This document shows positions 9,650 through 20,685 of a DNA stretch of 64,000 nt, one piece after another. The DNA is from Microcoleus sp. (GTDB lineage Bacteria > Cyanobacteriota > Cyanobacteriia > Cyanobacteriales > Microcoleaceae), in contig CP181291.1 in NCBI GenBank assembly GCA_052279835.1, positions 1,920,001 through 1,984,000 on the forward strand. The letters are read 5' to 3'. A model generated the notes under the pieces. That model was not told the DNA's origin and did not search any database. It worked only from the letters and a program-made list of their open reading frames with translations. The position numbers and the translations under genes are program-made. Position 1 is the first letter of the stretch, and every line of letters starts with the position of its first letter.

Positions 9650-10579
9650 ATGGCTAATATCGAAGGTACTTTCGGCTTTGATTTTCTGCTGGGAAGTCCC
9701 AACAGCGATCTGATTAGAGGATTGGCGGGTAATGACACAATTCAAGGTTTAGGCGGGAATGACCTGCTTTTTGGCGATCGGGAAAATGATTGGCTCGCCG
9801 GAAATGAAGGCGCTGATACCATCGCTGGAGGGCAGGGAACCGATACAATCTATGGAGGACAAGGAGATGATGTAATTAATGGCGATCGGGGCCAAGATTT
9901 GTTAATCGGTGGTGAAGGCAAAGATATTTTGACAGGTGGTGTGGGGGATGATTTATTTGTGATGGAAATAACCGCTGCTCCATCGAGTCGAGATGGAGCC
10001 GATTTAATTACCGATTTTGGCAACGGAAATGATAAAATTGTCTTGACAGATGGCATGAAGTTTAGCGACTTAGATATCTCTATTTCCGATAACCAAACTG
10101 TGATGAAAAATAAAAATACTGGCCAATATTTAGGAGTTTTTACGGAAATAGTTAATTTATCACAATCCAACTTTATATCGCTGTTTGGGGGGATTGATGT
10201 GGGTCAGATTTTGCCAATTTCTGTTAATACTAACATCGGCGATCGCGCGATCGGATTGGAAGTGGCCCAAACTCCCCAAGAACAACAAATTGGTCTGATG
10301 TTTCGCACAGAATTGCCGGAAGACAGGGGAATGTTGTTCCCCATTGAACCCGCGCGAAATGTACGTTTTTGGATGAAAAATGTATTTATTGAACTGGATA
10401 TGATTTTTTTGCGGGGAGGGGTAGTGCAGGCGATAATTCCGAATGTGCCTCCCTGTTTAACTGAAAACTGCCCCAACTACGGCCCGGATGTTCCTGTGGA
10501 TGCAGTGATGGAACTCCGAGGAGGAAGGGCAGCCCAATTAGGGTTGAAAGTGGGCGATCGTCTTCCGAATCTACCCTAA
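9650..10579 (+). CDS. RTX/hemolysin-type Ca-binding repeat protein fused to a C-terminal DUF192 domain
   Basis: GGxGxD nonapeptides N-terminally; LEVAQTP..QQIGLMFR..L...GMLF, FWMKN...LDMIF, V.ELRGG = DUF192. Confidence 0.8.
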   Translation: MANIEGTFGFDFLLGSPNSDLIRGLAGNDTIQGLGGNDLLFGDRENDWLAGNEGADTIAGGQGTDTIYGGQGDDVINGDRGQDLLIGGEGKDILTGGVGDDLFVMEITAAPSSRDGADLITDFGNGNDKIVLTDGMKFSDLDISISDNQTVMKNKNTGQYLGVFTEIVNLSQSNFISLFGGIDVGQILPISVNTNIGDRAIGLEVAQTPQEQQIGLMFRTELPEDRGMLFPIEPARNVRFWMKNVFIELDMIFLRGGVVQAIIPNVPPCLTENCPNYGPDVPVDAVMELRGGRAAQLGLKVGDRLPNLP

Positions 10580-10624
10580 ATAAATATCGACAATCACCTG
10601 ACGGTGCAACCAGAATTCATATAA

Positions 10625-11329
10625 TTAGTCGATCGCATCAACCGCTCTTTCAGCAGCTCGCTGAGTTCTATCAATATCTCGGTTCACTTTAGAGCTAACC
10701 TTGTCCGAGACATCATCAGCGTTAGACTTTACAGTCTCCACAGCATCTTTGACATTTTCCTTGCCTTGTTTGAGGTTATATTGGAGCGCATCCTTACCCT
10801 CTGCTACTCTATCTTTTGCCCCTTCAGTGGCCTCTTTAACCACTTCTTTTGCTCCCTTCACACCTTCGCGAGTATTTTCTTTAAGATTACCCATGTTTTT
10901 TTGGGTGTTTTTTCCAAACTCATCTAAATTCTTCTGACCACTGCGAACATCGTCATTCAATTTATTGCCAATTTCCTTGAGTTTATCCGGCGCTTCATCG
11001 GCCACCCGTCGGACATTTTCACCCACATTGTTGCTAGCTTTAGTATCGATTCGGCGCTGTGCTTCATCCTTCAGCATCTTGGCTTTTGCTTCTACTTTTG
11101 TCATGTTGGCATTTCTGGGATCGACATCGCTATATTGGTTCTGCCCACCTTTATATTCAGAAGTTACAGCCTCGGAAGGAACTTCTTCTCTAAGTTTGTC
11201 AGCAGTCTTTCCTGCAATCACATCCGTGCCGCTACAAGCAGTGCTAACGAACACTAAAAAGCCCGCCATAAACACTGTTAACAACTGTCCCAATCGAATT
11301 TTTTTGATAAACGCAGTTAGTCTGTTCAT
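10625..11329 (-). CDS. LEA-like lipoprotein (hydrophilic helical repeats)
   Basis: Hydrophobic stretch ending in STAC, then K/E/D/A-rich repeats. Confidence 0.65.
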   Translation of the reverse strand: MNRLTAFIKKIRLGQLLTVFMAGFLVFVSTACSGTDVIAGKTADKLREEVPSEAVTSEYKGGQNQYSDVDPRNANMTKVEAKAKMLKDEAQRRIDTKASNNVGENVRRVADEAPDKLKEIGNKLNDDVRSGQKNLDEFGKNTQKNMGNLKENTREGVKGAKEVVKEATEGAKDRVAEGKDALQYNLKQGKENVKDAVETVKSNADDVSDKVSSKVNRDIDRTQRAAERAVDAID

Positions 11330-11489
11330 AAAAAATGCTCCTTGCATACTATGGTTGATGTATTGAAATGTCTGTGGTTTGGTAAATGGCTAGCATTACA
11401 AAATCAGGAATTTCAATACTCTTTCAGCATACGAATAAAAATAGGACTTGTTTATCTATCTCAAGTTACATTTCTCAAGTGTTTAGTGG

Positions 11490-11697
11490 GCGAAGGAAGA
11501 AGGAAGAAGGAAGAAGACCCCCCCCTGCCCCCCCCAAGGGGGGAAGGAATAAGGAAGCAGAAGCCCCCCAAGGGGGGAAGGAATAAGGAAGAAGGAAGAA
11601 GAACCCCCCCTGCCCCAGCCCCCCCCAAGGGGGGAAGGAAGAAGGAAGAAGGAAGAATATTTATAACCAATAACCAATAACCAATAACCAATAACAT
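11490..11697. repeat. G/C-run palindromic repeats followed by TAACCAA heptamers
   Basis: CCCCCCCAAGGGGGGAAGGAA units and (TAACCAA)n visible. Confidence 0.8.
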
Positions 11698-14319
11698 TTA
11701 CCAAGGACTACCAATCATTGTGAAAGCCGCCCAATAATAGGGATGAGCCAGATTGCGATCGCCAATATTTGCCAATGGCGCAGGAAGCGACGTACCACCC
11801 CTAGTTCCCTGAGCCAAGGATACAGCAGACAATCCCCGCAATACCCCCTGCTCAATACGGACATCACCCCTCAGCATCGCAATCTGTGCTTGTCTGAGGG
11901 CTTCTGCTTTAATTGGAGCTGTTTTCAATTGCTGATAAAACTCACTCATCAAAGCCAAAGTACCTTCATCTGAAACATACCACAAACTTGCCAAAGCTGA
12001 CTTAACTCCCGCTTGAAATGCCAAACCCGCAAAACCCAATTCCGTTTGTTCATCTCCCAAGGCGGTGCGACAAGCAGAAAGCACCAATAACTCGACTGGC
12101 GGATTATTCCATCCTAACTGCCGCAGTTGATTTAATTGCAACTTCGAGTCCCAAAGTTGAATAAAAGAATCGCTGGCTGCACCGGGTTGAAATTCGCCGT
12201 GAGTCGCTAAATGAATAATTTGATAAGGCTTTTGATTGCGTTGGGATTGCAAATTTTTTAGGGTAAATTGCTCGTTTAAAAAAGATTTACCAGGCCACAA
12301 ATCTGCAATATTCGCTAATTCCACAGGGACTGCTGGCAGGGGAGATAGCTTAGTAAATTGAGCGGCTCCCATGGCCAAAACAGAAGCATTTTTCAGCGAT
12401 TGATAGCGAGTATCCGTGAGGGAAAGTGTGGGAATCTGACTGAGGGAATATTTTTCGACTAAGAACTGTTTTCCGTCGTAAAGAGCAGCCAAAGGGAGAC
12501 TTCGCAAACCTGTATCCAGGGAAAACAGCAGCGTATTAATGCCTTGAGTTTGCAAATCAGTTTCTAAAGGTGCAATTAGCCAATCGTAAATTTTCCGAGC
12601 CGACTTTTTGTAGCTGGTAGTGTTCCGCTTCTGAGGATTGGATATTTCTTGTCTGAATTCTTTGGCTAATGTTAGCATGGTTTGGCGATCGGCTTCAGGG
12701 ACTGTTTTTCGCAGTGCCGAACCATCGGGCATGAATAGGAGCAATTCTAAGCGATCGGCAAATAGATTAACATAAATAATTGCCGATCGCTTTCCGGTTT
12801 CAGAGGCAATTTTCCCCAAGCTTTCCCGCAGATTTTCGGCCCCCATTGATTGATGAGTCAGACTATCGCCAAAATAAGCCACATATCGCTCGGCACGATT
12901 TTGCTCGATAGACAATAAGTAATTGATGTTAGAAATAGCAGCAAGATTCCCCGGAGGATTTGCCCCCCTGATGGGAATTTCCATTTTGCTAGCCGGAATA
13001 TTAGCCTTCGAGCCTGGAGGTGGCATAGTGTTATTGCCTGGTTTTGGTAGCGGCGGATTACCACCAATTCCAGGACTAGCAAATAACTGTATATTATTAG
13101 GTGGTGGCGGTGGTGGACTGTTAAGATTAATTGGTCTATTAATATTAGAGTCGCGGTTAATATTATTAAACAAAGCAACTTGGGGAGGTGCTCCCGGCGG
13201 TGGCAAGTTGTCCACTTTCAGGATTGTACTAGCACCACCCAAACTTGGAGGTAGGGAATTTCCAGAAACATTAATGTTGGGATTGACCAAAATGCGATCG
13301 CCCCCCACAGGCATTATACTCACCTTACTATCATTGGGCAACCCATTGAAATTCCCAATATTGGGCAATATTATAGGTATTTTAAGTGCCTCTAGGTTAT
13401 TTTGTGGCAAACCAATGGCCGGAATATTTCTGATATTAGCATCCGTCAACTCTACAGTGCCGTCACGATTAATATTAACCCCTGTCGCATTAGTTTTGTC
13501 ACTTCTACCAGTCAGCAATTCAGGCAGACTTGCCACCGACTTTACGTTGTTATCATCTTTTCCCGGATTAGTATCGGGATTCAACCCATCTATACTTACT
13601 TCTAAACTCAGTAAATGTCCCATTTGAAAGATACGAACCACACTTTGATTCGGTACTGAAACAATGTTAATTTTACCTCCTGATGCCGACAATTCACCTG
13701 TATTAATGACATTGCCACCCAGCAAAGTTAAACTTTCCCCCGGATTCACCGCCAAATTTCCACGATTAACAATATTTGCAGGTTCGATTGCTGAAAAAAT
13801 AAAATTGCTGGGAGTTCCTACCAAATTAGCATAATTATTAGAGCCGATCGCCCTAAACGCATTTTCCCCAAAACCAATGCTGTTAGCTGTAGTAGCAGTA
13901 AAGGATGCAGGCACATTGAGCTGAGCATTAGCACCAAAAACAATCCCCGCAGGATTCATCAAAAATAAATTGGAATTCCCCCCCGTTACTTGAATCAAAC
14001 CATTAATGACTGAAGCATCTCCCCCCACTATTCGCGCTAAAATATTTTGAATAGCTGGATTAGATAAAAAATTAGCAGTTTGAGTTTCCGTCAATCCGAA
14101 TTGCTGAAAACTGTGGAAAAGATTAGCCCCATCTCCAGACAATTTACCACCGCCGATATCCATGCGATTTCCTTGGGTGTTGACGGTAGTACCCGTGCCG
14201 TCATTGGCGGGAGTAATAGATTGTCCAAAAGCGCTATTTTCCGTGGATAAAAAACAAATTGATAAAATTAAAAACAGCTTTTTTAGTTGAGATTTTCCGG
14301 TTTGGTGCAGTAAATTCAT
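11698..14319 (-). CDS. Filamentous-hemagglutinin N-terminal (TPS) domain plus CHAT (caspase-like) domain protein
   Basis: NLFHSFQQF, LFLMNPAGI; CHAT IIHLATHG, LVLSACRTA, SLWYVSD, HPYYWAAF; ATG at 14319 overlaps the upstream stop (TAATG). Confidence 0.9.
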   Translation of the reverse strand: MNLLHQTGKSQLKKLFLILSICFLSTENSAFGQSITPANDGTGTTVNTQGNRMDIGGGKLSGDGANLFHSFQQFGLTETQTANFLSNPAIQNILARIVGGDASVINGLIQVTGGNSNLFLMNPAGIVFGANAQLNVPASFTATTANSIGFGENAFRAIGSNNYANLVGTPSNFIFSAIEPANIVNRGNLAVNPGESLTLLGGNVINTGELSASGGKINIVSVPNQSVVRIFQMGHLLSLEVSIDGLNPDTNPGKDDNNVKSVASLPELLTGRSDKTNATGVNINRDGTVELTDANIRNIPAIGLPQNNLEALKIPIILPNIGNFNGLPNDSKVSIMPVGGDRILVNPNINVSGNSLPPSLGGASTILKVDNLPPPGAPPQVALFNNINRDSNINRPINLNSPPPPPPNNIQLFASPGIGGNPPLPKPGNNTMPPPGSKANIPASKMEIPIRGANPPGNLAAISNINYLLSIEQNRAERYVAYFGDSLTHQSMGAENLRESLGKIASETGKRSAIIYVNLFADRLELLLFMPDGSALRKTVPEADRQTMLTLAKEFRQEISNPQKRNTTSYKKSARKIYDWLIAPLETDLQTQGINTLLFSLDTGLRSLPLAALYDGKQFLVEKYSLSQIPTLSLTDTRYQSLKNASVLAMGAAQFTKLSPLPAVPVELANIADLWPGKSFLNEQFTLKNLQSQRNQKPYQIIHLATHGEFQPGAASDSFIQLWDSKLQLNQLRQLGWNNPPVELLVLSACRTALGDEQTELGFAGLAFQAGVKSALASLWYVSDEGTLALMSEFYQQLKTAPIKAEALRQAQIAMLRGDVRIEQGVLRGLSAVSLAQGTRGGTSLPAPLANIGDRNLAHPYYWAAFTMIGSPW

Positions 14320-14786
14320 TATCCAGAACCTTCTACGACTAAACAAACATTTCCAGGCATCCACTCGTTGACTAATTTAGAGATAGTCTCAGCGAGCTCG
14401 AAGTCTTGTCGTGTCAACCCCCCTGCATCGTGAGTTGTCAGACTAATTGTAACGCGGTTATAGCTAATTAAAATATCTGGATGGTGGGCGGCTTTTTCTG
14501 CGGGTGAAATCAGGCAATTGACAAAACTAACAGCGTGGACAAAATTTTTAAACTCGTGGGTATATTTAATAGTTTGACCGTCTCTCTTCCAGTTGGGCAA
14601 AGCTTGCAAGCGCTGGGAAATTTCTGATTCAGTCAAGGGTTTTACCTTGCTATTTTCTGCGGTTTGTGCTAAGTATTTACCAATCATCGACTCGCCCACA
14701 ACGGTGGCCATTGTTGGTGATATTCCGATTGTTGCCAGGGCGAAACTAATGCAGAACAGAAAAGTCCTCACTACAAACCTATTCAT
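14319..14786 (-). CDS. Pterin-4a-carbinolamine dehydratase with N-terminal hydrophobic extension
   Basis: AEKAAHHPDI, LTTHDAGGLT..DFELA. Confidence 0.85.
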   Translation of the reverse strand: MNRFVVRTFLFCISFALATIGISPTMATVVGESMIGKYLAQTAENSKVKPLTESEISQRLQALPNWKRDGQTIKYTHEFKNFVHAVSFVNCLISPAEKAAHHPDILISYNRVTISLTTHDAGGLTRQDFELAETISKLVNEWMPGNVCLVVEGSG

Positions 14787-14790
14787 ATTT

Positions 14791-15438
14791 TTATTGCCTA
14801 ACTTCTTCAAAAAACCAGCTACCTACCTCTGTATGGTCTGTCTGGCGGCTGCGTCGCAAGCCTTCTTCCATTAAAGCAAATTTTAGCCCCGGTAAAACTT
14901 CTGATTCTATTAGGCGCGCGCTTCCCCGGTTAGCAATTATTTTAAAAGCAATAATTTGGGTTTTTTGTACGTCTACCACCCAATATTCAGAAACTCCTAA
15001 TTCTTCATAAAGCATTCTTTTGGTTCCCAAGTCGTCCAGCAGAGAGCTATCCGCAATTTCGATCGCCAAATCTGGTGCAACTGCGCTATCCAAATTCACG
15101 ACTGAACTCCCGCGAGGTGTAGATTCTACCCGTTCTCCGATGTAGTAAGAAGCGTCTGGTTGAGCTTCTCTGACATCGGTTTTGCGGTAGCTACAGTTAA
15201 CCAGTAGTCTCATTTTTATACCTTTAGCCATCCCAAATAGATTGATTAAGATGACGATGATTCCATTGTCATCAGCATGATCCGGCCCTACTGCTGCCAT
15301 TTCAATTTTCAACTGTCCATTGTAGTAATAACATTTTACTTGTTTGTACTGCGGCTGCTTTAGGATTTCTATATATTCATCCCAAGTCGCTGTAACCCAG
15401 CTATCAGTTATAAATTTTGTTTGTAGTTGATTCATCAT
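14791..15438 (-). CDS. Uma2 family endonuclease (DUF820)
   Basis: QPDASYY, PDLAIEIA, KR.LYEELGVSEYWVVD, SEVLPG. Confidence 0.9.
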   Translation of the reverse strand: MMNQLQTKFITDSWVTATWDEYIEILKQPQYKQVKCYYYNGQLKIEMAAVGPDHADDNGIIVILINLFGMAKGIKMRLLVNCSYRKTDVREAQPDASYYIGERVESTPRGSSVVNLDSAVAPDLAIEIADSSLLDDLGTKRMLYEELGVSEYWVVDVQKTQIIAFKIIANRGSARLIESEVLPGLKFALMEEGLRRSRQTDHTEVGSWFFEEVRQ

Positions 15439-15480
15439 TACCTCAGCGAAAAAAATCTTTGAGTTGTGACAGAAGACTTG

Positions 15481-15587
15481 TAATATCAAATCCGTTGACA
15501 TCGGAATTATGATTTCTCTCTTATCTTTCTCTGTGTCCTCTGTGTTCTCTGTGGTTTAATCATTCCGATACAACAGGAAACGATATA
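15481..15587. mobile_element. ~105-bp dispersed MITE-like repeat (family also at 23180-23287, 24729-24915, 40300-40409, 61104-61210)
   Basis: Shared core CTCTGTGTCCTCTGTGTTCTCTGTGGTT..AATCATTCCGAT with ATATCAAATCC...GATATA ends. Confidence 0.65.
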
Positions 15588-15670
15588 ACAAGCGCCATCG
15601 AGGTACAGCAAGAGTGACATTGGTTCCCAGGAAGAGCCTGGGAACCAGTTACCCTCAGAACAATTAACCT

Positions 15671-18364
15671 TTACTCTTCTGTCGCTTCCTCAGATTCCGA
15701 ATCTTCGATCGACTCTTCACCCGCAGGCGGCACTAAAGCCACAGCGACGATCGAATCATCGTCATCTAAGCGCTGCACCCGCACTCCCGTTGCGGTTCGA
15801 GATTGTGTGGAAATTGCACTCACCGCCTGACGGATGATAATTCCTCGGTTGGTAATAATCATCAACTCATCAGTTTCGTTAACAATTCGCAGTGCCGCTA
15901 CCCGATCCTTAGCCTTTTTGGACTTAAATTTAGTAGCAGTCAATCCTTTCCCAGCACGTCTTTGGAGGCGGAATTGAGAAACAGGAACCCGCTTCCCATA
16001 ACCATTGGTAGTAATTACCAAAACTGATGGAACTAGGCTGTTATCTGTGGGAATTTCTTCGAGGATTTCGCCTTCTGTTTCATCAGTTTGCTGTTCTAAC
16101 TCTTCCTCTTCCACTTCCGCCACATTCGCCTCTTCAAATTCCGATTCTTCAGTGTCTAATTGAGCAATATTTACCCCCTCAAATTCTGATTCTTCGGTTT
16201 CCAATTCCGCAATTTCAGCAACAATTGAACTTGGCAAAATGTCCATGCTAATCAACTCATCGCCCGATCGCAATTTCATTGATTTCACACCCCTAGTAGC
16301 GCGCCCAGTAGGTCGCAACTGTTCGTGATTGGTGCGGAAATGAATTGCCATGCCTTGCCGCGTGCCGATGATAATGCTGTCACCAACTTTTGCTCTCCGT
16401 ACCCACCGCAGTTGGTCGCCTTCTTCTAGAGAAATAGCGATTAAACCGTTTGTTCGGATATTGGCAAAAGCGGAAAGGGCAGTTTTTTTGATGTAGCCAC
16501 TGCGAGTTAGCATTACCAAGTATTCCTCGGTACTGAATTCTGTTACAGACACCATAGAAGTGATTTTTTCTTCCATGGGAATCGGCAGTAGTTGTAGCAC
16601 GGGCATTCCGCGCGCTGTCCGAGAACTGACGGGGATTTGATAAGCTTTGACAGAGTAAACTACGCCTCTGTCACTGAAGAACAAAACGCTGTCGTGATCG
16701 CAACAGGAAAGGAAATGTTCTACTCCGTCATCTTCTTTCATTTTCGTGCCTGCTTTGCCACGAGTAGCGCGACTTTGGGCCTCGAAAGTGCTGACGGGCA
16801 TCCGTTTGATGTAGCCTTGTTCGGTGATCAGAATGATTGCTTGTTCGTTAGCAATGAGATCTCTTTCATCGATTTCTCCTTCGGCGTGTTCGATGACTGT
16901 GCGCCGTGGAGTGGCTATTTTGGTTTTGATTTCGACTGCTTCGACTTCGGCGATTTCTAGAATCCGTTCCCGTCTTGCTAGAATATCTTCCAAGTCAGAA
17001 ATTTTCGCCCGCAGTTCTTCATGTTCTTGTTGAATCTTTTGCGCTTCTAAGGCTGTCAAACGTCGCAGTTGCATTTGCAAGATGGCGTCGGATTGCTGCT
17101 CGGAAAGACCGTAGTTATCAATCAATTCTTGTTTCGCTGCGGCCGAGTCAGGAGCGCGACGAATTAGCTGAATAATGCCATCTAAGTTTTCGAGAGCTAT
17201 TAATAAGCCTTGCAGGAGATGGTCGCGTTCTTCTGCTTTACGGAGTTCGTATTGAGTCCGGCGAGTAATGGTCTCAATGCGGAAGTCTAGGAAGACATTC
17301 AGAAATTGGGAGAGCGAAAGTAGTTGGGGTTCCCCATTTACTAGCGCTAACATATTGGCTCCAAAATTGGATTGGAGTGGTGTTTGTTTGTAGAGGTTGT
17401 TGAGGACTACACGGGGATAGGCATCGCGTTTTAGTTCGATGACAATCCGCATTCCGTCTCTGTCGCTTTCGTCGCGAATGTCGGAAATTCCCTCTAATCT
17501 TTTGTCGTTTACCAGTTCGGCAATTTTCTCAATTAATGCTGCCTTGTTTGTTTGGTAAGGCAGTTCGGTGATAATAATTGCTTCTTTGTCTGGGCGGCCG
17601 ACGTGTTCGATGGTTTCAATGCTGGCGACTCCCCGCATGGTGATGGAACCGCGCCCAGTGGTGTAGGCTTCCCGAATGGTGGCTTTCCCTAAAATTTGGC
17701 CTCCGGTGGGAAAGTCCGGGCCGGGGATGTATTGCATCAATTCCAGGTCGGTAATTTCTGGATTGTGAATCAGGGCTACTAAACCGTCAATGATTTCGCC
17801 TAAGTTGTGTGGCGGAATGTTGGTAGCCATTCCCACAGCGATTCCCGATGAACCGTTGAGCAAAATTTGGGGAATCCGGGCTGGGAGTACCAGGGGTTCT
17901 TGCTGGGAACCGTCGAAGTTGTCCCCGAAATCCACTGTTTCGCAGTCAATATCGCGCAGCATGGCGTCGTGAGTCAGCGCGGTGAGGCGACACTCGGTGT
18001 AACGCATGGCTGCGGCGGGGTCGTTGTCTACCGATCCGAAATTGCCGTGGCCGTTGATTAGGCGTTCCCGCATGGAGAAATCTTGAGCCATCCGCACCAA
18101 GGCGTCATAAACTGCGGTGTCTCCGTGGGGGTGATACTTACCCAGCACCTCCCCCACGACGCGGGCGCACTTGCGGAAGGGTCGATCGGGTGTCAAGCCC
18201 AATTCGTTCATGGCGTAGAGAATGCGTCGGTGAACGGGCTTGAGACCGTCCCTAGCATCTGGTAGTGCCCGACCGACAATTACGCTCATGGCGTATTCCA
18301 AGTACGATCGGGACATCTCATTACCCAGATCCGTCGGGATTATCCGCGACTCAGAGGTGCTCAT
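15671..18364 (-). CDS. gyrA: DNA gyrase subunit A
   Basis: [22 protein letters not shown], GyrA-box-like QSRATRG, C-terminal beta-pinwheel repeats. Confidence 0.97.
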   Translation of the reverse strand: MSTSESRIIPTDLGNEMSRSYLEYAMSVIVGRALPDARDGLKPVHRRILYAMNELGLTPDRPFRKCARVVGEVLGKYHPHGDTAVYDALVRMAQDFSMRERLINGHGNFGSVDNDPAAAMRYTECRLTALTHDAMLRDIDCETVDFGDNFDGSQQEPLVLPARIPQILLNGSSGIAVGMATNIPPHNLGEIIDGLVALIHNPEITDLELMQYIPGPDFPTGGQILGKATIREAYTTGRGSITMRGVASIETIEHVGRPDKEAIIITELPYQTNKAALIEKIAELVNDKRLEGISDIRDESDRDGMRIVIELKRDAYPRVVLNNLYKQTPLQSNFGANMLALVNGEPQLLSLSQFLNVFLDFRIETITRRTQYELRKAEERDHLLQGLLIALENLDGIIQLIRRAPDSAAAKQELIDNYGLSEQQSDAILQMQLRRLTALEAQKIQQEHEELRAKISDLEDILARRERILEIAEVEAVEIKTKIATPRRTVIEHAEGEIDERDLIANEQAIILITEQGYIKRMPVSTFEAQSRATRGKAGTKMKEDDGVEHFLSCCDHDSVLFFSDRGVVYSVKAYQIPVSSRTARGMPVLQLLPIPMEEKITSMVSVTEFSTEEYLVMLTRSGYIKKTALSAFANIRTNGLIAISLEEGDQLRWVRRAKVGDSIIIGTRQGMAIHFRTNHEQLRPTGRATRGVKSMKLRSGDELISMDILPSSIVAEIAELETEESEFEGVNIAQLDTEESEFEEANVAEVEEEELEQQTDETEGEILEEIPTDNSLVPSVLVITTNGYGKRVPVSQFRLQRRAGKGLTATKFKSKKAKDRVAALRIVNETDELMIITNRGIIIRQAVSAISTQSRTATGVRVQRLDDDDSIVAVALVPPAGEESIEDSESEEATEE

Positions 18365-18619
18365 AGGTTAAATAACTCCGTTAAAAATTTTAATTTGACC
18401 GCTATAAATCCAAAAAATGCGATAAAATCGGTTTGGATTCAGTAGAGTTGCCAAATAGTGCAAATTACTATTGAAATTATATCACAATTAGCCTTAGAGA
18501 ATATGGGAAAATAGCCAGAAAAATTAAGAGAATTGTTGTTTAATAAAAGTGGCTGCTTTGTGAAAACGAAAAAATAGTCTAAAATCTGAAATCTCAAATC
18601 AAAAACCAAAAATCTGCTG

Positions 18620-19543
18620 ATGCTACCCGTCATCTATTCCGACGATTTTTTACTGCACAAGACTGGAATGCTTCACCCAGAGCGACCAGAACGTTTAACG
18701 GCGATCGTCAATGCTCTGAAAGCGGCTCCCTGGGCGGCTCAAATTGAATGGCAACTGCCCACGCCAGTCTCCGACCACGAGCAGAAATTGTTATCGGAGA
18801 TCAGAAAAGTTCACGCCCTAGGATACATGAGGGAAGTGGAACATCTGGCTCATCGTGGAGGCGGCTACCTCGATGGAGATACGCCGATTTCTGCGGAAAG
18901 TTACGATGTGGCGATGCTGGCTGTGAGTGCTTGGCTGGATGGGATCGATCGAGTGTGGGCTGGGGGCGAACCGACTTTTGTCCTGGCCAGGCCACCTGGA
19001 CACCATGCTGAGAGAGACCGGGCCATGGGATTTTGCTTGTTTTCCAATGCTGCGATCGCCGCGAATTACGCCCTCAAACAGGAGGGAATTAACCGCGTCG
19101 CCATCCTCGACTGGGACGTACACCACGGTAACGGCACTCAATCTTTGGTGGAAAACTGCCGACAAATTGCCTACTGTTCCCTCCATCAATCTCCATGCTA
19201 TCCGGGAACCGGAGAAGCGGATGAGCGCGGGGGCTACGACAACGTACTGAATATTCCCCTGTATCCCGGTGGCGGCATGGGGGAATACCTTGCGGCTTTT
19301 GAATCTCAAGTTATACCGTTTTTGTCAAAATTTGAGCCGGATTTGTTGATTGTCAGCGCTGGCTACGACGCGACTGCGGCCGATCCCTTGGCAAGTATGA
19401 ACCTGACACCCTCAGACTATGCGACTTTCACGGGATATTGTCTGCAACTGACCAGACGTATCCTCTTTGGTTTGGAAGGAGGTTACGCCCTGAAGGATTT
19501 GGCTGAGTCGGTAGTTGCTACCATGGAGCGATGTCTTCATTAG
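18620..19543 (+). CDS. Histone deacetylase family protein
   Basis: HPERPERL, RPPGHHA, GFCLF, DWDVHHGNG, SAGYD, LEGGY. Confidence 0.93.
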   Translation: MLPVIYSDDFLLHKTGMLHPERPERLTAIVNALKAAPWAAQIEWQLPTPVSDHEQKLLSEIRKVHALGYMREVEHLAHRGGGYLDGDTPISAESYDVAMLAVSAWLDGIDRVWAGGEPTFVLARPPGHHAERDRAMGFCLFSNAAIAANYALKQEGINRVAILDWDVHHGNGTQSLVENCRQIAYCSLHQSPCYPGTGEADERGGYDNVLNIPLYPGGGMGEYLAAFESQVIPFLSKFEPDLLIVSAGYDATAADPLASMNLTPSDYATFTGYCLQLTRRILFGLEGGYALKDLAESVVATMERCLH

Positions 19544-19856
19544 CCGGAAAATCCGATGTCTGGAACATCAGGTTAAGCACCCTTAGAGACTGATGAGAGG
19601 GAGAATTTGCCAGGGGTAAGAACTGCTAAGGAAGAAAGTTTAGAAGCGCGATCGATCCCATTCTCCTCTTCCTTGTTCCCTGTTCTAGGAAAACAGTGAC
19701 CACCATCACCTAATTTCAAGATTCAAGTCACTTAGTGTCAATGTATCGGTCACAGATTATTAGCGCACAAATCACACTTTGTCAATGTTTAGGATCACCT
19801 AAATCTCTAGTCAAACCGACCATAATAGAATTAAACTGAGTATTGGGAATTTTTCC

Positions 19857-20075
19857 ATGCTTAAATCAATTCAAAGCGTTAATACCATGCCAGTATCTCA
19901 AATGACACTCGAAGAGTTGTTTGGTCAAGTGATGTTCTCCAGCGTCGTTACTCGCCACGACCGGAGACAACTCAGATCCGTACTTTTAGAAAGAACGCTC
20001 AACGAAGATGAGTATGCCATCATCAACAGACTCCTCTACAATGTGCGCCGTGGCTGGGTGAAAATTATCGATTAA
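19857..20075 (+). CDS. Small conserved cyanobacterial hypothetical protein
   Basis: L.EDEYAIINRLLYNVRRG.VKI pattern typical of small cyanobacterial proteins. Confidence 0.65.
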   Translation: MLKSIQSVNTMPVSQMTLEELFGQVMFSSVVTRHDRRQLRSVLLERTLNEDEYAIINRLLYNVRRGWVKIID

Positions 20076-20685
20076 GTCTTTACGGTCTTACTGTTCGAGC
20101 AGAATTAGACCTAGGAGTCTGCCTAGACTGAAATTTCTGGCATCGCCATCTTTTGTGGAAAAGTTAATTTTTTTGACTTCTCTTTTTGAGATAGGTAGTT
20201 ATGGAGGACAATTGCCCTCGATGACATCAGCCTTAAGATAGAGATTATTTTTAAATAACAGGCAGTGGGTGCATATTTACTTTGATGAGAATTGAAAAAT
20301 TAATATTCTGGGAGTCCATTCATAACTCAAAAAATCATCAGGCTAAAAGAGAATTTTTTCAAAAAAAACACAGTAATCAAAAAATAACGCTACTAGACCA
20401 ACTCCGATCGACTTAACCGAAATTTTCACCAAATCAGCGGTCTAAAACCCAATAAACAGACCCTAAAATAACATAAAAAAAATCTAGCCAAAATTCCCCA
20501 ATTAAAATTTGACAAAGTTGTCAAGAGAAGGCTATTGTGCTAATATGATAGGCAGCGAAAACCGCCTATTTATACCCATGGTTGTTTTTAAAATTTTTTC
20601 AAGGGTTCCAGAGCAAAACATTCGGGCAATTTGAGCGCGGAAGTGTCAAAATATTAAAAAGAAGTTAATCTAATCCCCAAAATAT

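Noticed and set aside
12858..13627. Alternative-frame and antisense ORFs inside long genes (here and throughout the track)
   Set aside because: They overlap well-supported CDSs and lack recognisable motifs
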